A stretch of DNA of 33,831 nucleotides from Blastocystis sp. subtype 4. Taxonomy: Eukaryota. The stretch is from contig NW_014569454.1 in the NCBI RefSeq assembly GCF_000743755.1, forward strand, positions 1-33,831, written 5' to 3'. The notes below the pieces were generated by a model. It was given only the letters and a program-made list of their open reading frames with translations. It was not told the DNA's origin and did no database searches. How positions within the stretch are numbered: position 1 is the first letter of the stretch; each line of letters starts with the position of its first letter. Positions 12,026-21,340 of this stretch are shown here, one piece after another. Position numbers and translations under genes: made by a program.

Positions 12026-13774
12026 AGAAATCAATGATTGGGACTCCCCAATTACAAGAGCCTGTGATACCTAGATCATTCTTACCAACTACAATTCGGA
12101 ACCAACCATTCTCTCCCCAATATGTTCCCCAACTGTTACGAACAATCCAGTACTTCTGGCCATTCTCCTCACCCCATCCAGCAACTTCAATAATGTGACC
12201 ACCAATATACTTGTGCGTCAGATCTTCAAAGATGCCTCCTGTATAATCCAAGAGTTCCTGTGTGACCTCTACACGACATGATACAGGGCCACGAGCAAAA
12301 ATCTCCTTCTTCATGTTCATTTCTCCAGAAACACTTCCATAGTCACCAATCTTGTATCGTTTGTAGTCCTTCACAGCATGACAGGTTTCACCAGGAGGAC
12401 AATCCATACACTGATTCATATCAGTACACTCCTTATCGATAGCTTCGTACACCTGACAGGTCTGATCAGGAATACCACTTGTGTGAGCGTATCTGTACAC
12501 ACCTGAGTCCCAACCACCATGGCAACCTCCACTGTTACCACAGTTGATCACTTCCTGAACAGATAACTCAATAGAAGGCCACTTGCCCTTTCTCATGAGA
12601 TTCATACGATCCATGATAGCAGAAGTGGATCCCTGAGCCCAACAAGAACCACAATACACAGGAATGTGCTGATTCTTCTCCCAAGAAGCATAGTTCACAC
12701 CATCAATGTTACGAATATCGTAAGAAGCAGGAACGTCTTCATCCTTCAAATACTCCTGAGGAAGAGGGGATGTGATCACAGAGGTAGGGTTTGGATCAGG
12801 AAGAGCACATGGCTCAGGGAAATACCGAGCTCGATTCATGGCAGAACGCATCTCCCGATTCACAATCTTCTCATCAGGAATACGAGGCACAGCCCACTGA
12901 CAGTCACTCTCAATTCCAAGATTGTCTTCACCTCGAATCACACGGAACCAACCCTGTTCACCCCAGAAGGTACCCCAACTGTTACGAGCAATCCAGTACT
13001 TCGTTCCATCCTCCTCTTCACCCCATCCAGCAACAGAAATGGAATGATCAAGTGTCTTGAGACCAGTCGTATCACGGTATACACCACCCTTATACTCTAA
13101 GAGGTCATCAGGAATAGCAATTGTGCAAGTAATGGGACCTCGAGCATAGATCTCAGCCATCATGTTCTTCTCTCCTTGGACACTTCCATATTCATCCACA
13201 TAGTACTTAGTGTAGTTCTGCACAGCATGACAAGGATAATCATGGCCACAATCACGACAAATGTTGATATCGGTACACTCTTCATTCTTGGCTACATAAC
13301 GCTGGCATCCCTCTTCAGGAAGACCATTGTCATGCATGTACTTGAAAGCAGTAAGAGGATGACCTCCCTGACAACCATCAGAAAAAGCATCACAGTTAAG
13401 AATGACTTGAGGAGCCAGATCACGCTCAGGCCATGCTCCCTTTGTCATCAGACGGATACGATCCGAAACAGAGGAGGCAGAAGCAAATGCCCAACAGGAA
13501 CCACAATACTGGGGAATATGCTGGTTCTTGGTGACAGTAACGTAACTCTTTCCGTTCAAGTTACGACTACAACTAATCAAAGCTAGATAGCACTTACGGA
13601 TCATAACTCTTCGGGAGCTCGGAAGCCTTCAGATATTGGGAAGGAACAGGGGTTTTTACCAGATCAGGTACGCGAGCCTTTGGATTGTAGCATCCAGCAG
13701 AAACCAAAGCCAGGATGACTGGAGATCAGGAACAAGGATCATAACTTACCCAAGGACAAAATAACAGTTCTCAT
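12026..13774 (-). CDS. Secreted papain-family (C1A) protease with two tandem cathepsin Z/X-like domains
   Basis: ATG 13774 with signal peptide MRTVILSLVILALVSA; introns 13719-13749 and 13567-13597. Two QHIPxYCGSCW motifs (HIP mini-loop), each followed by catalytic His and RNSWG. Likely ends GVPIIDF with a poly(A)-made stop at 12026. Confidence 0.92.
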
Positions 13775-14024
13775 AACTTACACAAAGAAATATGTGAAAA
13801 GAACGGAAATTCGGTAAGTTTTTGTATTTTCCGTCCCGAAACACAATTCTACGGAATGTGAATTGTAACATTGTGAAATAGTGAAATCGTTTTTTAGAGC
13901 TATGTTGTGTCAATGGATGCCCATCCCCACAGATTTGAACGAAATACGAAAACGTAGAAATCGTAGAAACTGATGCATGCGTCATCTAATCTTAAGGAAA
14001 ATGAGCATATTAATCTTGTAAACG
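13775..14024. promoter_or_regulatory. Probable bidirectional promoter between cathepsin Z-like gene and legumain
   Basis: 250-bp AT-rich spacer between divergent ATGs; no individual element identified. Confidence 0.5.
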
Positions 14025-15293
14025 ATGAAGAACTTCCTTTTCTTGATTGCTCTTTTGAGTGTGGCCACTGCTGACAAGTGGGCTCTGTTCGTCTCTGGTA
14101 ACAATGGTTGGTACAACTATTGCATTACCTCCACTATTTGCAGAGGATATGATATCCTCCACCGTGCTGGAGTGGCTGAGGATCATATTGTGTATCTGGG
14201 TTTCAATGATGTCTTCGATAGTCCTAACAATCCTTTCCCTGGTCAGATTTTCACTGATCAGAGCGAGGGACCTGGTGTTGACTATGCTGCTGAGTGCCGT
14301 CCTCATATTGATTACCCTGATAAGATGGTGTCTGCTGAGCTGTTCATGTCTGTCCTCTCTGGAGATAAGGAGACTACCACCAAGCTGACTGGAATTGAGA
14401 ATCCTAAGGTGATTGAGTCCACTGCTGAGGATACTGTCTTTGTGTACTATATGGATCATGGTGCTATTGGTTTCTGCGAGGTCGGAAAGTCGGATCTGAA
14501 GGAGCAGGTTTTGATGGATACTGTGGATAAGATGTTTGAGAATCATCAGTACAAGCAGCTGGTATTCTACTTCGAGGCTTGCCACTCTGGTTCAATGTTC
14601 CGTAAGTTGGATGCTAACAAGAACGTGTATGCTATGACTGGCTCTGATACCGAGCACTCTGCTTGGATGTGCAACTGTCCTCCTAATGATGTTGTCAATG
14701 GAAAGTCTATGGGAACTTGTCTGAGCGCCTGGTATGATAACTTCTGGATGCAGGAGGTGATGGATAACGGTTCAGATATTACTCTTGCTGATATGTTCAC
14801 TCATGTGCATGAGGAGACTGCCAAGCAGACTGATCAGAATGTATCTCAGTTCGGAGATATTGAAGGTATGGGACCTGAGAAGCTGAAGGAGTTCATTGGT
14901 GACTACAAGCCTGAGTTTGGTGCTGCTAAGAAGCCTAGTGGTTTCGTGAAGTACGAGGATGCTCCTCTTCATCTTGCTAAGTGGGCTGCTATTCGTGCTG
15001 AGGGCAACTCCAACGATGCTCTGAATGAGCTGAAGGAGGCTGTGAAGACTGAGGCTGTGAAGGAAGTGTCTGTGATGAGACTGGCTCGTGCTTACTTCAA
15101 GGATGATCGTGCTGCTGATATGTCCATGAAGGCTCGTCCTGCTAAGTATGATCAGGACTGTGTCAGCGACCTTACCCTCACTCTGATGGCTAAGTGCGGT
15201 TACACTCTTCCTCTTAAGGAGAGCCATGTGAATGCTCTTGAGAACATCTGTGTTGACGGAAAGGTAGATATTGATTTCGATCTTGTCTGTTAA
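14025..15293 (+). CDS. Legumain-like peptidase (C13) with signal peptide and C-terminal LSAM-like prodomain, intronless
   Basis: KWALFVSGNNGWYNY, catalytic DHG (His 14457) and EACHSGS (Cys 14580), C-terminal D..C...KC...NIC pattern. Confidence 0.93.
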   Translation: MKNFLFLIALLSVATADKWALFVSGNNGWYNYCITSTICRGYDILHRAGVAEDHIVYLGFNDVFDSPNNPFPGQIFTDQSEGPGVDYAAECRPHIDYPDKMVSAELFMSVLSGDKETTTKLTGIENPKVIESTAEDTVFVYYMDHGAIGFCEVGKSDLKEQVLMDTVDKMFENHQYKQLVFYFEACHSGSMFRKLDANKNVYAMTGSDTEHSAWMCNCPPNDVVNGKSMGTCLSAWYDNFWMQEVMDNGSDITLADMFTHVHEETAKQTDQNVSQFGDIEGMGPEKLKEFIGDYKPEFGAAKKPSGFVKYEDAPLHLAKWAAIRAEGNSNDALNELKEAVKTEAVKEVSVMRLARAYFKDDRAADMSMKARPAKYDQDCVSDLTLTLMAKCGYTLPLKESHVNALENICVDGKVDIDFDLVC

Positions 15294-15299
15294 GCAATT

Positions 15300-15307
15300 T
15301 GTTTGTT
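15300..15307 (+). terminator. TGTTTGTT 3'-end processing motif of the legumain gene
   Basis: Exact motif, 6 nt after the genomic TAA. Confidence 0.75.
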
Positions 15308-15460
15308 GTTACAAATTGTGTTTTTAGACGAATGATGTTTAATGAGTGCGAAAATGAGAGATGTATACATTTGTAATTATGAGAAGAATCACTTAGAGTA
15401 AAGGAATAAAGACACATTCTCACCATGAGGCGTTTCATGGGCGTTACATCGAAAAATTGC

Positions 15461-16176
15461 ATGTCAATGGAATGTAAAGTGGTACTTATTCATTTCTTGT
15501 GGTGAGTTGGAAAACAAGTTGTATGGACAGAGCAGCCTTAGAATATTCTGAGAATGTTGTTGCAGAGGTTAAGACTGTGAAGTGTTCAATGTGCCGAAAA
15601 GTAAAAACAAGTGACCATTTTATCAATCCGAACTCGGATACACTTTTTCATGTTTGTGATTACTGCAGATATTTGCGTAAGACGAAGTATAAAAGTGAGT
15701 TAAGATTGTCGTTCTGATTGATAGAAAGACGAGTACGTGTGGAATTGGAGAGACCGTCGGGTACTATATCCCGTACTCGTGAGAACAGTACCGGAAAAGG
15801 AACAAAAAGTTCTCAGGTTCCTGGGGTAACTCAGGAATCCACAGATGTAGTGACCCAAAAGCCTTTATTATCAGGGCTTGTTCCAAGTCGCAAGTGGATT
15901 GAAGTTTCTTCAGATTCTGATTCCTCTTCGAGGAAACGTTTTGCAAGTTGTCCCGATTCTCGCTATGCCGTGAATCATCCATATTATCGCTATCAGAGTC
16001 TTCTTACTACACTTTGCAACCCTCCTCAGGTTGTCTTTAATTGCTCAAAGAATCAAGTGGATGTTATTCATTCTTCCATTCCTCCAGCGCCTCAAGCGTT
16101 AATCTTCTGCTGTAGCAACACACTTTATGGAAACCGTTTTGGTTTGTATGATAAGGTGTGGGTGAAAGAATACTAA
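15461..16176 (+). CDS. Hypothetical protein with a CxxC...CxxC zinc-ribbon-like motif; start uncertain
   Basis: Intron 15695-15724 joins CSMCRK...CDYC to ORF 15718-16176; TGTTTGTT at 16222-16229. Confidence 0.5.
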
Positions 16177-16305
16177 GAGATATGCTATTCTATTTTGCGT
16201 TCTTGCTGTAGTTGTGGAGACTGTTTGTTGGACAATTGAATTGTTCAGCTATAGTTGGAAGGATCTCATGATCTCAGTTGTGGAAACAGTATCTCAGTAT
16301 TGTTC

Positions 16306-16818
16306 ATGTCGTCAGTATTCTGCGCCTATTGTTTCAATTTGATTTTAGAGAATGAAAAATGTGTTATATTGGAATATGACGAGAAACGGAGGGTCTCATT
16401 TCATGACTCTTGGTTTTGAGTTTTTCCACCGTTTCATCCCTAGTTATCATGAATTTTGTAGGAAATGTACACTTATTCGGAAAGCCTGTATTGCCTTGCG
16501 CAGTGGTCAATATTCTGTGGCGACTCTTTAATTATTTGATGAATAGGAGTTAATTGAACGTGATAAATGTACTACCTACTCCCCTTTGTCAATTCCGGAT
16601 CAAGCAGAAGATAACTGTGTTTGTCCGATATGTATGGATCGACGAGCAGATTCGTTGCTTTTTCCATGTCGACATCGAATGTGTAGTGATTGTATCTTGG
16701 ATTGGCGGCGAAAGTCGTTGAGCAAACGTATTCCAGGTGCGGAATTACTGGTCCATTTTTAGTGTAGGTACTACTTGTTGTATCTGCCGAAGGTTAATTG
16801 AACGGGTTGAAACAATTT
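16306..16818 (+). CDS. Small C3HC4 RING-finger protein, multi-exon; 5' end uncertain
   Basis: CPICMDRRADSLLFPCRHRMCSDC...[intron]...CCICRRLIERVETI, with in-frame T at 16818 before TGTTTGTT. Confidence 0.7.
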
Positions 16819-16822
16819 TGCA

Positions 16823-16830
16823 TGTTTGTT
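16823..16830 (+). terminator. TGTTTGTT 3'-end processing motif of the RING gene
   Basis: Exact motif, 4 nt after in-frame T at 16818. Confidence 0.75.
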
Positions 16831-17001
16831 TTTTCATATCGTGATTATTTGATACAGATGATAGATGATGGGTACCAAAAGAAGAATAACTCCCAATTCC
16901 TAAATAGGACATTGCAAATTTGAAGAGGTTGACGAAGCGAAGACTGTTGTCAAACTCATGTCAAGGGAAGTGGATAGATATCACAAATCCATATCGTTTT
17001 C

Positions 17002-19455
17002 ATGTTATCAACACGAATCGTTCTTTTATTCTATGTGATAATTGCAGTAAGTGCACTTAGTCGGTCATTTTGGTTTTCGTCACTTGTAGAGTGCTACACA
17101 CCCGATTCTGTAACTTGTGTAACGAAGAGTGGAATCATTTTATCTAATACTTGTACCCAATACTTGAGTATTTGTGATAATGGCAATTGGTCAGCTCCTT
17201 TGCATGTTGCTCCAAAGACATTATGTTTAAATGGTAATCAGGTTTTGTTTTCGGTGTGCCCAGCGATTGTTTTCGATGATGATGCTACCATTGTTCCTAC
17301 CGATGGTCCGAGTGTGTTGCCGACAACTGCACCAACTGTAGCTCCCACAGCTGCACCAACTGTGGCTCCTACAGCTGCTCCCACTGCAGCCCCCACAACA
17401 GCTCCTACAACAGCTCCTACAACTGCTCCAACAACTGCTCCTACTACAGCTCCCACTACTGCTCCTACAGCTGCTCCTACTACAGCGCCTACTACTGCTC
17501 CTACTACAGCACCTACTACTGCTCCCACAACCGCTCCGACTACTGCACCCACCGCAACTCCTACCACTCACACTCCTTGTGCTTATGATGGTCTTCATTG
17601 CATGGGACTAGATGAAGAAAGATGCAGTTCTCAAGTAGCCAGGTGTGTGAACGATGAAGAACAAATTACCAATCTTCCGTTCGCGCTTCGCTGTTACCAC
17701 CGTGCAATCATTCCTCGTCTCGACTGTCCTGAATGTGACTTTCCTGGAGTGGTATGTGTGGACTCTTCAGGCCAATTACAAGATCAAGGTTGCTCCCAAT
17801 ACGTTCGCAATTGCGAGGATGGAGTGCTTTCACCAACGACTACACTAAATCCTGAATATTCTTGCAAGAACCATACTATTGTTCGCAAGGATGAATGTGC
17901 TTCTCAAACATGTGATTTCACTGGTACTCGATGTGTTGATGAGACAGGGAAGTGGTATCAAAATGACTGTACTTCATTTAATTATACCTGCATGAATGGA
18001 GTTTCTAATGGTATTCAAATGGTACCTTCTGCAATGGCTTGTCGTAATGGAACACTTGTACAAAAGAGTGAGTGTACTTGTGAACCAATCACATACGAAT
18101 GTAACTGGAGTGGTGTTCGATGTACTGATTGGATGGGTGTACCTCAGACAGATGTGTGCACTACACATTACGAGGCTTGTGTTAACAATCAAATCACCAG
18201 TCCTTTGGCTGTTCCATCTGATATGGCATGTCTGAATTCACAATTGATACCTTCAGCTCAATGTGCCATCTATCCTGATGACAAGTGTTCCTTCTGTGGA
18301 ATGGTCTGTTCTACAGAGGATCGTATGGTTATCAATGATGCTTGTACTGATTACTGGATTCAGTGTTACATGGGAACCGCTTCTGAGACACATCCTGTGC
18401 CTGATGGTGTTCGGTGTTATAAGGGTGTATTCGTCTCTCCAAGTCAGTGTCCTGTTCCTCCTGTATCTCCTACACCATGTGTTCGTCCTCATACAGGACC
18501 TACAGGACCCACTGGACCCACAGGTCCTCAAGGAGAACCCGGTATTACTGGTATTCGAGGTGAACGGGGACCTACCGGACCCACTGGAGCTACTGGACCT
18601 AGAGGACCCACTGGACCTCAAGGTCGACAAGGACAGACAGGACCCACTGGAGCAACTGGAGCTATGGGAGACATGGGACCACGAGGACCCACTGGACCCA
18701 CAGGTGCACCAGGAGCGACAGGTCCCACAGGTCCTACAGGAGAACAAGGTATACGAGGTGTCACAGGTCCTGATGGACCTACTGGAGTACCAGGTGCTAC
18801 TGGACCTACGGGAGCCCCGGGCGCAACTGGAATTACAGGTCCTACTGGTCCCACCGGACCCACAGGAGTCACAGGTGGAGTTGGAACGACAGGAGTGACG
18901 GGTGCTACAGGTGCTACAGGTGCTGCAGGAAGTACAGGAGCTACGGGAGCTACGGGACCGGAAGGACCTACTGGAGGGCCAGGAGTTACGGGACCCGAGG
19001 GACCCACGGGAGAACCCGGTGCCACAGGACCTACAGGAGAAGAGGGAGAAGTAGGACCGACTGCAAATGTGGACGCGACATTCAACACGTTGTATCCAGC
19101 CGTCACTATGTTCGGCCAAGTATCTCCACTGTATTTGGGAAAACAGGGATCTGACCAACGGTTCATGATCCTAACGGATGGAACGACAACTTTCACATGG
19201 GCAGACTATACGTAGGAAATGGAAAGAGTTTATTATTCTAGAATCACTCTGGTTGATACAACGCTCAATACACAAACTGCAATCACATCGGTGACGCCTG
19301 ATGGGTTGTTTTCGATTCCAGGTAGGTAAAATGGTTCTCACTGATGTCTAGATACTGTGATTCCCCAGGGTACGCATACCGCTTTCTACTTGATCATTAC
19401 AAAGGACGGAATTACTTTTAACTCCAACCTATCACCTTCTGTGGAAATGGAATAA
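17002..19455 (+). CDS. Secreted modular protein: Cys-rich module, TTAP mucin tract, ~5 further Cys-rich modules, 63 Gly-X-Y collagen triplets, beta-rich C-terminal domain
   Basis: Signal peptide. Two ~30-nt introns near 19212 and 19322 extend the 737-aa ORF to TAA at 19453-19455. Confidence 0.85.
17325..17570 (+). repeat. Coding 12-nt tandem repeat, ~20 x T(T/A/V)AP
   Basis: Units like actactgctcct that vary mostly at synonymous positions. Confidence 0.95.
18496..19062 (+). repeat. Collagen-like coding repeat, 63 uninterrupted Gly-X-Y triplets, rich in GPT/GAT/GVT
   Basis: 567 nt = 63 x 9; Gly at every third residue by direct count. Confidence 0.95.
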
Positions 19456-19520
19456 ATTATCATCTGTGTTGAGTTGTTTGTGTGAAACAGAATCCATCTG
19501 TGCAGGAGTGAAGACGGAAG

Positions 19521-20038
19521 ATGATTCATGTATGGATCCTTTTGGTGATTATTCCAGTGCTTGCAAACGAAGCGTGAGTTCATCCAAGGAATCTGAGAAC
19601 TAGAACGGATATGAACTGTAAACCAACAGGAGAATGTATTAGCTGTGCTACCAATGATCTGGTACTATAAAGGTGAGTGTGATGAAGTAGATGTTTGAGG
19701 AGTGTAACAAAACTGGCTGGATTCGTGAATATACATGTTACAGATTGTACGAAATGGTAATATAGGATCATAGGTAGACAGAATGGTGAACTGATGGAGG
19801 AACAGAAGATGGTACTATTTGGAATTTGATAACTATGAATAGATGAAGTCGTGTTCAGTATATGGGGTGGAAGTATCAAAGGCGACTTCGCATCTTGAGG
19901 CATTTGTGAGTGGAGGGAACATAAGAATGAAGTATAGATGGTTTTCTTGTGTTTAACGGTGGTTTTTACGGTGTTGATGTTGATGCGGCGGAGGACGTAT
20001 TTCAACAATCGTTCATTCCGAACGATGTATGGCTTATA
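19521..20038 (+). CDS. JTB (jumping translocation breakpoint)-like small type I membrane protein, 6 exons, absent from the ORF track
   Basis: Introns 19574-19603, 19662-19690, 19747-19777, 19812-19842 and 19906-19937 give signal peptide, CKPTGECISC...EECNKTGWIREYTC...KSC, a TM helix and RRR. TA at 20037-20038 would be completed by poly(A). Confidence 0.72.
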
Positions 20039-20042
20039 TTTT

Positions 20043-20050
20043 TGTTTGTT
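20043..20050 (+). terminator. TGTTTGTT 3'-end processing motif of the JTB-like gene
   Basis: Exact motif, 4 nt after in-frame TA at 20037-20038. Confidence 0.7.
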
Positions 20051-20284
20051 GACACCATTGATCTTGTATCTTTCGAAAAGAATTCACTAGTTTGTATGTT
20101 GCTGAGATGTTTGGAATTGTAGTGAGAAGATAATCGATGTAGGAATCCGAACTATTCGTATCCTTCGGATTTAACCCAAACCAATGCAAATCAGAACCTA
20201 CAGGCGCAAAATTCGAATGTATCCAGTAACGGAAGTGTTTCGTTTCCTGTAATCTCATCCTTCCCTTCAGCCGCGAATGGATAC

Positions 20285-21290
20285 ATGGTTCCTCCAGAAA
20301 TGTCTCATTTAGATCCAAATCTCTCAATATACAATGTTGTTGTTCAACAGCCAGCAACAGAAGATTTCTCACGGAAACCTCCTCAGAAACCAAGTAAACG
20401 ACCTCGTCGTTATCCTTGCAACTATCTTTCATGTCAGCGGTCGTTTGATTCACAGTGGGCATTGCAGCGGTAAATGTAGTTGATGTCAAGTGATTAGTAG
20501 ACATATTCGAACACATACAGGTGAAAAACCATATGCTTGTACCTTTCCAGGCTGTGATAAACGGTTTACGGATAAGAGTGGATTAAAGCGACATGAAACA
20601 TCCCACAGTACAGCTAAACCCTATAAATGTTCGTTTGAGAATTGTAAGAAAGCATTCAAATCAAAGAGTTATTTGGGTGCGTTTGAATGAATTGAATTAT
20701 TGGTAGAAGCTCATATGCGACTTCATACAGAGGAAGATCCGTATCGATGTACAGTGAAGGGTTGTAATCGTTCATTCTCCTCAGCAAAGAGTCTCCGGCG
20801 CCACGAACATTTATGGCATAGTGCAAATGGCAATGAATCATCCATTGAGCAGAGTCTCCGTGAGAAAATCCAGCATCTACAAAATCGGTACAGAGTGAGG
20901 ATGTGTAAGTAAAATCAGATATAGGAGCGTGTAGAGAAGTTGGATATGAAATTGAAAATGGCTATGGCAGTAAATCGTTCATTGAAGAAACAACGGTCAG
21001 AAATGCGCAAATATGTTAGGCAAATGAAGAAGGATGAGTAGGGAAGTGAAAGGAGAATGAGAGATAGATCCGAGGAGAAGACATCTAAAACTGATGCCAA
21101 CATCCAAACAGAGATCTTTTTACAGGGGCTGCCAAATTCTCTACCAAGTGGATTAGATCGTGATCATAATGAAACTCAAGAAACTTCAAGTACAATAGCC
21201 ATTCCAATGATTCATTCAATGGAACCAGCTGCTACTAATATGGACTATCCAATTCTTCAAGAAGAACCGATTGAAAGTATTTCATTGTAA
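20285..21290 (+). CDS. C2H2 zinc-finger transcription factor (4 fingers, then coiled coil), multi-exon
   Basis: [51 protein letters not shown], split by ~30-nt introns. Start may lie further upstream. Confidence 0.85.
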
Positions 21291-21305
21291 TGAATGTGTG
21301 TTGAA

Positions 21306-21313
21306 AACAAACA
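21306..21313 (-). terminator. TGTTTGTT 3'-end processing motif of the BLTP-like gene
   Basis: Exact motif, 27 nt after the TGA. Confidence 0.65.
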
Positions 21314-21340
21314 GTATTTGTGCAGTGTAAGGACTGCTTG

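Noticed and set aside
12666..15227. ORFs antisense to the cathepsin and legumain genes
   Set aside because: Expected from strong codon bias on the coding strand; no recognisable features.
17325..19062. Repeat arrays as CRISPR or satellite DNA
   Set aside because: No repeat-spacer structure; 9- and 12-nt periodicity with synonymous variation shows protein-level constraint.
17227..19196. Long antisense and alternate-frame ORFs (VVGA, Ser/Cys/Arg-rich, PVGP)
   Set aside because: Shadows of the stop-poor mucin and collagen coding repeats.
19580..20516. Minus-strand ORFs of 142 and 160 aa
   Set aside because: Antisense to the better-supported spliced JTB-like and C2H2 genes; no motifs.
20285..21290. 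C2H2 protein as TFIIIA linked to the 5S gene
   Set aside because: Only four fingers seen (TFIIIA typically has nine), and it lies 12 kb away.
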